From NCBI GenBank assembly GCA_900552475.1, contig USAC01000001.1, positions 8,444-72,443 on the forward strand: a stretch of 64,000 nucleotides of DNA, given 5' to 3'. Positions within the stretch are counted from its first letter, which is position 1. Each line of letters starts with the position of its first letter. Below, piece after piece: positions 27,569-36,161 of this stretch. Both the position numbers and the translations under genes were made by a program. The stretch comes from an uncultured Eubacteriales bacterium (lineage in GTDB: Bacteria > Bacillota > Clostridia > Oscillospirales > Oscillospiraceae). The notes under the pieces were generated by a model. That model made no database searches. It was given only the letters and a program-made list of their open reading frames with translations, and was not told the origin of the DNA.

Positions 27569-27726
27569 TTGTCAAAAAAGGCCGACGGCCTTTTTTGGCA
27601 AAGGGGATTCGCTCCGAACCGCGCATTTTTGCGTGCTGCGCGCAAAGTGTATTTTGCGACGTACACGCCGCCGCAAAATACGGATTTGACTTTATTCGCG
27701 CCGGGCGCGGCGCGCACTCTGCGAGA
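27569..27726 (+). repeat. Repeat family 1, copy B
   Basis: Starts with the hairpin TTGTCAAAAAAGGCCGACGGCCTTTTTTGG and ends with GCGCGCACTCTGCGAGAC. Confidence 0.75.
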
Positions 27727-27769
27727 CATGGGAAAGCCCCTCCGGCCGTGGGCCGGAGGGGCTTTCCTT

Positions 27770-28918
27770 TTATGAGAGGTCGAAGTCAGCGTCCTTCAGG
27801 CCGACGCCTTCGACGAGGCCGCTGTCGATCAGGCGCAGGAGCGCGGCGGGCGAGGCGGTGACGTAGGCACCGTCGAAGGTCATGCCCACGTCCTGCAGCC
27901 CCTTGAGCAGGTAGCTGTAGGATTTGGTTTGGTACGCCGCCGCGTCGGGGTCGATCCAGTCGACGATTTTCTGGTGATCCGCCATATACTGCAGCCGGCT
28001 CTCGAGAGACTGACGCAGATTCTCCGCCGTGAGCGGCTGCTGATAGAGGTCGAGCATGGGATATGCGTCATTGTAGTCCGTCAGGTTTGCGCCGCCCGGC
28101 GAGACGGTCAGAAAGAGGTCGCCGCCGGAGAGGTAGGTGTTGACGCGGATGTTTTCAAACGTCAAGTCCTCATCTTGCCAGTCGGCGAGCAGCTGTGCCA
28201 GTGTCTCGAACGTCAGATCCTCCGCAAAGTGGATGCTGGCATAGACCTTCACGCCGCTTGGCAGCGCGGCGAGCGTCTCCCGCCGCAGCGCCAGCGTCTC
28301 CCGCTGCCGCGCCTGCAGCTCCTCCTCGGAGAGGTGCGCCGTATATTCGCTGAAATCCCCGATGAGTCGATAGCCCGCCGCCTGCAGGCGCGCGACATCG
28401 CCCTCCAGCCCGTGCAGAATGCCGAGCGTCACCCTGCCGCTGACGGAAAAGCTCCCGTCCTTATCCCAGAACAGAAACGTCAGCTTTTCCGTCCCGAATC
28501 CGCTGCTTTCGGCGTACACACCGGAAAAGTTCGCGCGCGGGATGCGCAGTGCGGTGAACACCTGCATCGTCGCGGGCAGGTTGGCCGGATCCCCGGCCTT
28601 GAGCGTGTCACTCCAGTCGACCTTCACCGCGCGGCGGTTGATGGCCGGGAAGAGCACCAGCTGCGCCAGCACGCCCAGCGCCAGCACTGCGGCGAGCACC
28701 CCGACCGCGACGCGCGCCGTGCGGCGGCGCACCTGACGGCGCGCGCGGCGCAGCTCCTCCTGCAGCCGCTGCGCATCCGGCGGCGGGAGCGGCGGGCGCT
28801 CCTCCTCGATATAGGCCTCCAGCAGGCGGAACTTCTCCAGCTCCGCCTCGACCTGCGAGATCTCCTCGCCGTCGGCCGTTCCGCTCCGATAGCGGCTCCA
28901 CAGGGTTTCAAAGTCCAT
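27770..28918 (-). CDS. Putative anti-sigma factor (single-TM membrane protein)
   Basis: Overlaps the sigma gene stop. N-terminal cytoplasmic segment, a TM helix, and a ~280-aa extracytoplasmic domain. Confidence 0.6.
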   Translation of the reverse strand: MDFETLWSRYRSGTADGEEISQVEAELEKFRLLEAYIEEERPPLPPPDAQRLQEELRRARRQVRRRTARVAVGVLAAVLALGVLAQLVLFPAINRRAVKVDWSDTLKAGDPANLPATMQVFTALRIPRANFSGVYAESSGFGTEKLTFLFWDKDGSFSVSGRVTLGILHGLEGDVARLQAAGYRLIGDFSEYTAHLSEEELQARQRETLALRRETLAALPSGVKVYASIHFAEDLTFETLAQLLADWQDEDLTFENIRVNTYLSGGDLFLTVSPGGANLTDYNDAYPMLDLYQQPLTAENLRQSLESRLQYMADHQKIVDWIDPDAAAYQTKSYSYLLKGLQDVGMTFDGAYVTASPAALLRLIDSGLVEGVGLKDADFDLS

Positions 28919-29402
28919 AGCCGTCCTCCTCCATCTCCCGGCGCAGATGCCGGCGCGCCCGGTACAGGCGCGTTTTTGCCGCGCCGGGGGTCATGCCCGT
29001 CAGCTGCGCAATCTCACTGAGCGGCCGCCGCGCGAAGTAAAACAGGTTCAAAAGCTCCTGTTCGTCCTCCGAAAGGCGCGCAATGGCGCGGTAGAGCGCG
29101 ATCAGCTCCTCGCGCTGCAGCAGCCGCTCCTCCGGCGTCGGCGCACTGTCGGCCCGCTCCGGGGGATCCCCGTCCGCATGGCGGCGGCGTTTGCGCCGGT
29201 GGTCGCAGAGAAGGTTCCGGCACACGCGCATCAGCCAGTACGGAAACGAGGGGACATCCTCCGGCAGGGAGAGATACGCGCGGACGAACGCCTCCTGCAC
29301 CAGATCCTCGGCCAGATGCCGGTCGCGGCACAGAGCGAGCAGATAGAACAGCGCGGGCTGATAATACCGCTCGTAGAGCTGCGCCAGCACGTCTCTGTCC
29401 AC
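28908..29402 (-). CDS. ECF-type RNA polymerase sigma factor
   Basis: Regions 2 and 4 (DLVQEAFVRAY..., LSEIAQLTGMTPGAAKTRLYRAR). GTG start with a GAGGAGGGG RBS. Confidence 0.85.
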   Translation of the reverse strand: MDRDVLAQLYERYYQPALFYLLALCRDRHLAEDLVQEAFVRAYLSLPEDVPSFPYWLMRVCRNLLCDHRRKRRRHADGDPPERADSAPTPEERLLQREELIALYRAIARLSEDEQELLNLFYFARRPLSEIAQLTGMTPGAAKTRLYRARRHLRREMEEDGYGL

Positions 29403-29504
29403 GCCATCCCCTCCTCTCTGTCTCTATAACGAACGAACCGGTAAAAGGTTACAGAAAAAGCCGCCATGCGGGAAAAATTTCCTGTATGGCGGCTTTCTGG
29501 ATGC

Positions 29505-30437
29505 TCAGAGCGCGGCGGCACCGATGATCCCGGCGTCGTTTCCGAGCTGCGCGGCGGCGACGACGGGGATGGCCCCCTCGCGCTGGCCGAAGCAGTGCGT
29601 GGCGATGTATTCACGGATGGGCGCGAGCAGGCGCTCACCCTGGCGGCTGACGCCACCGCCGAGGAGGATCATCTCCGGGGCGAGGGCGTTGACGATGTCG
29701 GTCATGCCCGCGGCGATGTATTCGCAGTAGCGGTCGATGACGCGCTGCGCGGCGGCGTCGCCCCGGTCGGCGGCGTCGAAGACGGTGCGCCCGTTGATCT
29801 GCTCGGCGGGAACCTGCGCAAGGAGCGACTGCGGATTCTGCACGGCGGCCTCGCGCGTCTGGCGGATGAGCGCCGTGGCGGAGGCGTAGGCCTCCCAGCA
29901 GCCGCGGCGGCCGCAGGTACAGGGTTCGCCGTCCAGCACGAGCACCGTGTGCCCAAGCTCCGCGCCCGCGCCGCGCATCCCGGCGTAGATCTTTCCACCG
30001 ATGATGATGCCGCCGCCCACGCCCGTGCCGAGCGTGATGAGCACGACGTCGCGCCGCCCGGCGGCGGCCCCGGCGACGACCTCGGCCAGCGCGGCGCAGT
30101 TGGCGTCGTTTCCGAGGTGCGCGGGCAGACCGAAGTGCTCCGTGAGCATCCGGCAGACGGGGACGTCTTTCCATCCGAGGTTATACGCCCGCGCCACAAC
30201 GCCCGTCTCCGGGTCGCAGGTACCGGGCGAGCCGATGCCGATGGACGCGCAGTCAGCCGCCGTCAGCCCGGCGCGGCGGAGCGCCTCCTCCACGGCGGCG
30301 CACATATCCGCGATGACAGCCTGCGCCGGGCGCTCTGCCCCGGTGGGGACGCTGCAGCGGGCGATGATCTCGTGCCGCTCATTCACGGCCCCGACGGCGA
30401 TATTCGTCCCGCCGAGGTCAATTCCGATCCGAATCAT
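29505..30437 (-). CDS. glcK: ROK-family glucokinase
   Basis: DLGGTNIAVG ATP motif and a CxCGxxGC zinc motif. Confidence 0.85.
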   Translation of the reverse strand: MIRIGIDLGGTNIAVGAVNERHEIIARCSVPTGAERPAQAVIADMCAAVEEALRRAGLTAADCASIGIGSPGTCDPETGVVARAYNLGWKDVPVCRMLTEHFGLPAHLGNDANCAALAEVVAGAAAGRRDVVLITLGTGVGGGIIIGGKIYAGMRGAGAELGHTVLVLDGEPCTCGRRGCWEAYASATALIRQTREAAVQNPQSLLAQVPAEQINGRTVFDAADRGDAAAQRVIDRYCEYIAAGMTDIVNALAPEMILLGGGVSRQGERLLAPIREYIATHCFGQREGAIPVVAAAQLGNDAGIIGAAAL

Positions 30438-30503
30438 GGTTGATCTCTATCCTTTCAAATAGTCAACAAAGGACTGCATTCCCGTCCCTGCTCATCCCCA
30501 AAA

Positions 30504-30680
30504 GTCTCACAGAGTTCGCGGCGCCGCAGCGCCGCGATTAAAGTCAGATCGTTTTTTTTGCGGCGTGTACGTCGCAAAAAACTCTTTGCGCGGAGAGAGT
30601 GTATTTTTGTGTGCTGCGCACACAAAAATGCGCGGTTCGGAGCGATACCCCTTGTCCCAAAAGGCCACCGGTCTTTTGGG
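30504..30680 (-). repeat. Repeat family 1, copy C (reverse orientation)
   Basis: Reverse complement aligns nearly base-for-base with copy B. Confidence 0.75.
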
Positions 30681-30720
30681 ACGAATTCAGTGAGGGAGCA
30701 AAGCTCCCTCACTGAGATAC

Positions 30721-31749
30721 TTACACGTGGGTGACAAACGAGCTGTTGACGCCGACGGTTCGGTCGATCTCCGAGGACTTGATGCTCGCGAAGATGACGC
30801 GCATCGTCGTGAGCGCTTCGCGGCCGGAGACCTCGGGATCACGGTTTTCGAGCAGGGCGTTTACAAACTCGTCGATGACGCCGGACTTCGCCTGCGGCTC
30901 GAAGCTGTAGGACGTGCTCTTGCTGCTCAGGTCACGCACCTCGAGGGGCATGCCGGGGGTGTTGTAGATCAGCATGATGCCCTTCGTGCCGTAAAGGCAG
31001 GTGGAGTTGCAGCCGGGGCCGTAGATCGTCCAGCTGGCGGCGAGCGTGCCGACCGCGCCGCCGCTCATGCGCAGAATGCACAGGGCGTTGTCGTCGACGC
31101 CGATGGGGCGGCCCTCGGTGTCGTGCTTGTTCAGGGTGAGCACCTTGGCCGTCGTCGAGATGACCTTCTGCCCGGTCAGATACTGCAGCAGGTCGACCTT
31201 GTGGATGCCGAGGTCGGACAGCGCGCCCATCGCGGCCTTCTTCTTGTCGAAGAACCAGTTGCCGTCCATAGACCAGCCCTCTGGTCCGGCGTTGCCCATC
31301 ACAGTGCGGAAGGTGATCACGTCACCGATCACGCCCTCGTCGAGCAGCTTCTTCGCGCGGCGGTAGACGGGGTCAAAGCGCATGTTGTGGCCGATCATAA
31401 GGTGCTTGCCGTTGAACTCGGCGGCGGCGACCATGGACTCGCACTCGGCCAGCGTGATGGCCATGGGCTTTTCGCACAGGACGTGCTTGCCCGCATAGAG
31501 GGCGTAGGTGGTGATCTCCGCGTGGCTGCGGTTGTCCACACAGATGGACACCGCGTCGATCGCGGGGTTGTTGAGCAGGTCGAAATAGGTGTCGTACACC
31601 TTGCCGCCGTACTGCGCGGCGACCTTCTCAGCGCGCTCACGGTTGAGGTCATAGTAGCCGACCAGCTCGACATTGGGGTTTGCTGCGTATTCGGGCAGAT
31701 GGCGCACCTGCGCAATCTTGCCGCAGCCGATGATAGCAACTTTAATCAT
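30721..31749 (-). CDS. Gfo/Idh/MocA-family NAD(P)-dependent oxidoreductase
   Basis: IGCGKIA Rossmann motif, EKP motif, AGGAGG RBS. Confidence 0.85.
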   Translation of the reverse strand: MIKVAIIGCGKIAQVRHLPEYAANPNVELVGYYDLNRERAEKVAAQYGGKVYDTYFDLLNNPAIDAVSICVDNRSHAEITTYALYAGKHVLCEKPMAITLAECESMVAAAEFNGKHLMIGHNMRFDPVYRRAKKLLDEGVIGDVITFRTVMGNAGPEGWSMDGNWFFDKKKAAMGALSDLGIHKVDLLQYLTGQKVISTTAKVLTLNKHDTEGRPIGVDDNALCILRMSGGAVGTLAASWTIYGPGCNSTCLYGTKGIMLIYNTPGMPLEVRDLSSKSTSYSFEPQAKSGVIDEFVNALLENRDPEVSGREALTTMRVIFASIKSSEIDRTVGVNSSFVTHV

Positions 31750-32038
31750 AGCGGAACTCCTCCTGTCCTATCCTGCAAATTGTCTGCAAAAAACGCGTTT
31801 TGGGGGCTGCCGGGGTCTTTTCTTTTCTCTTCGATCCCCATTATACCAAAAGCCGCGCCCGGATGGAATCCCTTTTTGAAGAAAAGGTGAAATTTTTCAC
31901 ATTTTCTTTTTCCGCTTGCACGGCGTGGCGATTTTTTGTCTGGATTCCTTGTGCCCAAGCGAAAGTTGTGTTATAATTGCTAAATTAAAGTAGAGTAGTG
32001 TCGCCTTTTTGACGAAAGCGCGGCGCAGGAGGTTTCCA

Positions 32039-33454
32039 TTGGACAGAAAAAAAGTGCTGCTGGACGAGGCGCAGACGCTTCGCCAGCGTGAATTTGAACG
32101 CAAAATCGCTGAGATTCACCGCAGCCGCGGCAAGACGCCGCTGGCGATGGTGGACACCTTCGGCTGCCAGCAGAACGTGGCCGACAGCCAGCACATCATG
32201 GGCATGCTGGAGGCGATGGGCTGCGGCTTTACGGACAGGCCCGAGCAGGCCGACATCGTCGTGCTCAACACCTGCGCCATCCGCGACCACGCGGAAAAGC
32301 GCGTGTACGGCAATCTCGGCGCCCTGACCCACACGAAAAAGGCCAACCCCGAGCAGATCATCTGCCTGTGCGGCTGCATGGCGCAGCGCCCGGAGGTGGC
32401 CGAGAAGGTGCGTAAATCCTATCGCCACGTCGACCTCGTCTTCGGGCCGCAGGCGATGTGGAAGTTCCCGGAACTTCTGTGGCAGGTCTATACCCGCCGC
32501 GGCCGCGTCTTCTCCGTGGAGGATGAGCCCGGCACCATCGCCGAGGGCACGCCCGTCGTGCGCGAGGGGAGCATCCGCGCGTGGGTCTCGATCATGTACG
32601 GGTGCAACAACTTCTGCTCATACTGCATCGTCCCCTATGTCCGCGGCCGCGAGCGCAGCCGCGAGCCGGAGAAGATCCTCGAGGAGGTGCGCCAGCTCGT
32701 GCAGGAGGGCTATAAGGAGATCACCCTCCTCGGTCAGAACGTCAACTCCTACGGCAAGGATCTCGAGACGCCGTGGGACTTCGCGGATCTGCTCGCCGCC
32801 ATCGACGAGATTCCCGGCGACTATCTCATCCGCTTTATGTCCTCCCAGCCGAAGGACGCGAGCTATAAGCTCTTTGACACGATGACCCGCTGCGGCCACG
32901 TCGCCAGACAGCTGCACCTGCCGGTGCAGTCCGGCTGCGACCGGGTGCTGCGCGCGATGAACCGCCCGTATGACAAGGCGAAGTACCTTGACCTTATCAC
33001 CTACGCCCGAAAGGTCATGCCCGACCTCGTGCTGACGAGCGACGTGATCATCGGCTTCCCCGGCGAGACGGAGGCAGAGGCGATGGAGACGGTCGCGCTT
33101 GTGCGCGAGGTGGAGTTCGACGCGCTCTTCACCTTTATCTTCTCTCCCCGGCCGGGGACGCCCGCGGCCAAGATGGACGATCCCGTCCCCCGCAGCGAAA
33201 AGCAGGTCTGGTTCGACCGGCTCTGCGACACGCAGAACGAAATTTCCGCGCGGCTGCACGCGGCCTATGTGGGCCGGACGGTGCGCGTGCTCGTCGACGG
33301 GACGACGGACGACAGCCGTTGGCCTCTCTCCGCGCGTACGAACGGCGGACGGCTTGTCCACCTCGCGGGGGATCCGTCCGTGATCGGGACGTATCAGAAC
33401 GTCACCGTCACCGACAGCAACACGTGGGCGCTCTTCGGTGAGCTTTCCACATGA
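32039..33454 (+). CDS. miaB: tRNA-2-methylthio-N6-dimethylallyladenosine synthase (radical-SAM methylthiotransferase)
   Basis: TTG start after an AGGAGG RBS. Methylthiotransferase N-domain FGCQQN, CxxxCxxC, TRAM domain. Upstream of mutSL, as in Bacillus. Confidence 0.85.
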   Translation: MDRKKVLLDEAQTLRQREFERKIAEIHRSRGKTPLAMVDTFGCQQNVADSQHIMGMLEAMGCGFTDRPEQADIVVLNTCAIRDHAEKRVYGNLGALTHTKKANPEQIICLCGCMAQRPEVAEKVRKSYRHVDLVFGPQAMWKFPELLWQVYTRRGRVFSVEDEPGTIAEGTPVVREGSIRAWVSIMYGCNNFCSYCIVPYVRGRERSREPEKILEEVRQLVQEGYKEITLLGQNVNSYGKDLETPWDFADLLAAIDEIPGDYLIRFMSSQPKDASYKLFDTMTRCGHVARQLHLPVQSGCDRVLRAMNRPYDKAKYLDLITYARKVMPDLVLTSDVIIGFPGETEAEAMETVALVREVEFDALFTFIFSPRPGTPAAKMDDPVPRSEKQVWFDRLCDTQNEISARLHAAYVGRTVRVLVDGTTDDSRWPLSARTNGGRLVHLAGDPSVIGTYQNVTVTDSNTWALFGELST

Positions 33455-33531
33455 GTTTTGCACTTTTCCACAGAGTTATCCACCGGATTCGAACATAACC
33501 GACCATATCGGACAGAAAGAGAGCGAATTAT

Positions 33532-36123
33532 ATGGCTGAACTGACCCCCATGATGCGCCAGTATCTGGAAATCAAGGAACAAAATAAGGATTCGATCCTC
33601 TTTTTCCGCCTGGGGGATTTCTACGAGATGTTCGGCGACGACGCAAAGACCGCTTCGCGCGAGCTGGATTTGATGCTGACCACCCGCGACAAGGACAAGA
33701 CGAAGTCCTTCGAGGAGAAGGTGCCCATGTGCGGCATCCCATACCACGCCTCCGACGCCTACATCGCCCGCCTGATCTCCAAGGGCTACAAGGTCGCCAT
33801 CTGCGAGCAGACGGAGGACCCCGCGCAGGCGAAGGGGCTTGTCAAGCGCGACATCATCCGCGTCATCACCCCCGGCACCGTCATCGACGAGACGTCGCTC
33901 GAGGCCGGGCGCAGCAACTTCTGCGCGGGCATCTGGCTCGATGAGCGGTACGCGGCGCTCTGCGCCTGCGACATCTCGACCGGACAGATGAGCGCGACCG
34001 CGTTTGAAGGCCCGCAGCGGCTCGAGCACCTGCTCAACGAGCTCGGGCGCTTTTCACCGGCGGAGGCCGTGATGAACGACGGGGCGTTTTTCGACGAGAC
34101 ACTCACGGGCGTGCTCGAGAGCAAATTTCACTGCCACCGCGAAAAGCGGAAGGTGCCGATGGAGGCGGCCGAGCGCCTGACGCGCGAGCAGTTCGGCGAG
34201 GACGCCTGCGCGCGGCTGCCGCGCGAGAACCCGGCGGCCGTGCTGGCGCTGGGGACGCTGCTCAATTACCTGCACGAGACGCAGAAGACCGACCTCTCCC
34301 ACATCGACAGCCTTGATTTTTACCGACAGGGGCAGTTCATGGAGCTGGATCTCACCGCCCGCCGCAACCTTGAACTGACGGAGACGCTCCGCGGCAAGGG
34401 CAAGCGCGGGAGCCTGCTGTGGGTGCTCGACAAGACGAAGACCGCCATGGGCGCGCGCTGCCTGCGCGGCTTTCTGGAGCGGCCGCTGCTCGACGTGAAC
34501 GCCATCCGCCGCCGTCAGGGCGCGGTGCAGGCGCTCGTGGACGAGACGATGACGCGCGAGGAGCTGCTCGTCGCGCTCACGGGCATCGGCGATATGGAGC
34601 GGCTCATGGGCCGCATTGTCTACGGTACGGCCGGCGGACGCGACCTCGCCGCGCTGAAAAACGCCGCGCTGAAGCTCCCGGCGGTGCGCGCGCAGCTCGA
34701 GGGCTTTGAAAAGGGCCGCCTGCGCCAGCTGCACGACCAGCTCGATACGCTCAGCGACATCGCCGCCCTCATCGGCCAGACGCTCGTCGATGAGCCGCCG
34801 TTTTCCGTCCGCGAGGGCGAGATGATCCGCGAGGGCTATGACCCGGAGGTCGACCGCCTGCGCGACATTCTCCACGGCGGCAAGGGCATCATCGCCTCCA
34901 TGGAGGCGCGCGAGAAGGAGCGCACCGGCATCCGCACGCTGAAAATCGGCTACAACAAGGTGTTCGGGTACTACATCGAGGTCTCGAACTCCTTTAAAGA
35001 CCAGGTGCCGGAGGACTATGTCCGCAAGCAGACGCTCGTGAACTGCGAGCGCTTCATCACGCAGGAGCTCAAGGATCTGGAGCACGACATTCTCTCCGCG
35101 TCCGACCGGGACAAGGAACTGGAATATGAAATCTTTAACCGCATGCGCCTGCAGGTGGCCGAGGCCGTCACGCGCGTGCAGGCGGCGGCGGGCGCCGTCG
35201 CCGAGATCGACGCGCTCTGCTCGCTGGCGGAGACGGCGGTGAAGAACGGGTACTGCTGCCCCGAGGTGGACGACTCCGGCGTCATCGAGATCATCGACGG
35301 CCGCCACCCCGTGGTCGAGAAGATGCGCCCCGACGCGCTCTTCGTCCCGAACGACACCTACATGGGCCAGAGCGAGAACCGTGCCGCCATCATCACCGGC
35401 CCGAACATGGCCGGTAAGTCGACCTATATGCGTCAGGTGGCGCTCATCGTGCTCATGGCGCAGATCGGCTCGTTCGTCCCGGCGAAGTCGGCACACCTCG
35501 GCGTGGTCGACCGGATTTTCACCCGCATCGGCGCGTCCGACGACCTCTCCGCGGGACAGTCGACGTTCATGGTCGAGATGACCGAGGTGTCGGAGATTCT
35601 CCACGCCGCGACAAAAAACAGCCTGCTGATCCTCGATGAGATCGGCCGCGGTACGAGTACCTTCGACGGCATGAGCATCGCGCGGGCGGTGCTGGAATAC
35701 TGCGCCAACCCGAAAAAGCTCGGCGCCAAGACGCTCTTCGCCACGCACTACCACGAGCTGACCGCGATGGAGGGGACGCTTCCGGGTGTGAAGAACTTCA
35801 ACATCGCCGTGCGCACGCGCGGCGAGGAGATCATTTTCCTGCGCAAGATCATCCCCGGCGGCGCCGACCGCAGCTACGGCATCGAGGTTGCGCGGCTCGC
35901 GGGCCTGCCGGAAACGGTCGTCAGCCGCGCCAAGACCATCCTGCGCGAGCTCGAGAGCGAGAGCGGACGCCCCGCGCCCGCCGCGCCCGCGGAGGCGCAG
36001 GTGTCGTTTGCCGCCGTGGCCGAGAGCGAGGTCATCGACAAGCTCCGCCGCGCGCAGGTCGACACACTCAGCCCTATCGAGGCGCTGAACCTGCTCTATG
36101 AGCTGAAGCAGAAGCTCGAATAA
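33532..36123 (+). CDS. mutS: DNA mismatch repair protein MutS
   Basis: Full-length MutS with Walker A GPNMAGKST. Confidence 0.95.
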   Translation: MAELTPMMRQYLEIKEQNKDSILFFRLGDFYEMFGDDAKTASRELDLMLTTRDKDKTKSFEEKVPMCGIPYHASDAYIARLISKGYKVAICEQTEDPAQAKGLVKRDIIRVITPGTVIDETSLEAGRSNFCAGIWLDERYAALCACDISTGQMSATAFEGPQRLEHLLNELGRFSPAEAVMNDGAFFDETLTGVLESKFHCHREKRKVPMEAAERLTREQFGEDACARLPRENPAAVLALGTLLNYLHETQKTDLSHIDSLDFYRQGQFMELDLTARRNLELTETLRGKGKRGSLLWVLDKTKTAMGARCLRGFLERPLLDVNAIRRRQGAVQALVDETMTREELLVALTGIGDMERLMGRIVYGTAGGRDLAALKNAALKLPAVRAQLEGFEKGRLRQLHDQLDTLSDIAALIGQTLVDEPPFSVREGEMIREGYDPEVDRLRDILHGGKGIIASMEAREKERTGIRTLKIGYNKVFGYYIEVSNSFKDQVPEDYVRKQTLVNCERFITQELKDLEHDILSASDRDKELEYEIFNRMRLQVAEAVTRVQAAAGAVAEIDALCSLAETAVKNGYCCPEVDDSGVIEIIDGRHPVVEKMRPDALFVPNDTYMGQSENRAAIITGPNMAGKSTYMRQVALIVLMAQIGSFVPAKSAHLGVVDRIFTRIGASDDLSAGQSTFMVEMTEVSEILHAATKNSLLILDEIGRGTSTFDGMSIARAVLEYCANPKKLGAKTLFATHYHELTAMEGTLPGVKNFNIAVRTRGEEIIFLRKIIPGGADRSYGIEVARLAGLPETVVSRAKTILRELESESGRPAPAAPAEAQVSFAAVAESEVIDKLRRAQVDTLSPIEALNLLYELKQKLE

Positions 36124-36161
36124 CCGGTTTTTTCTCATCTCCCGGAAGGAGGAGTGTTACC

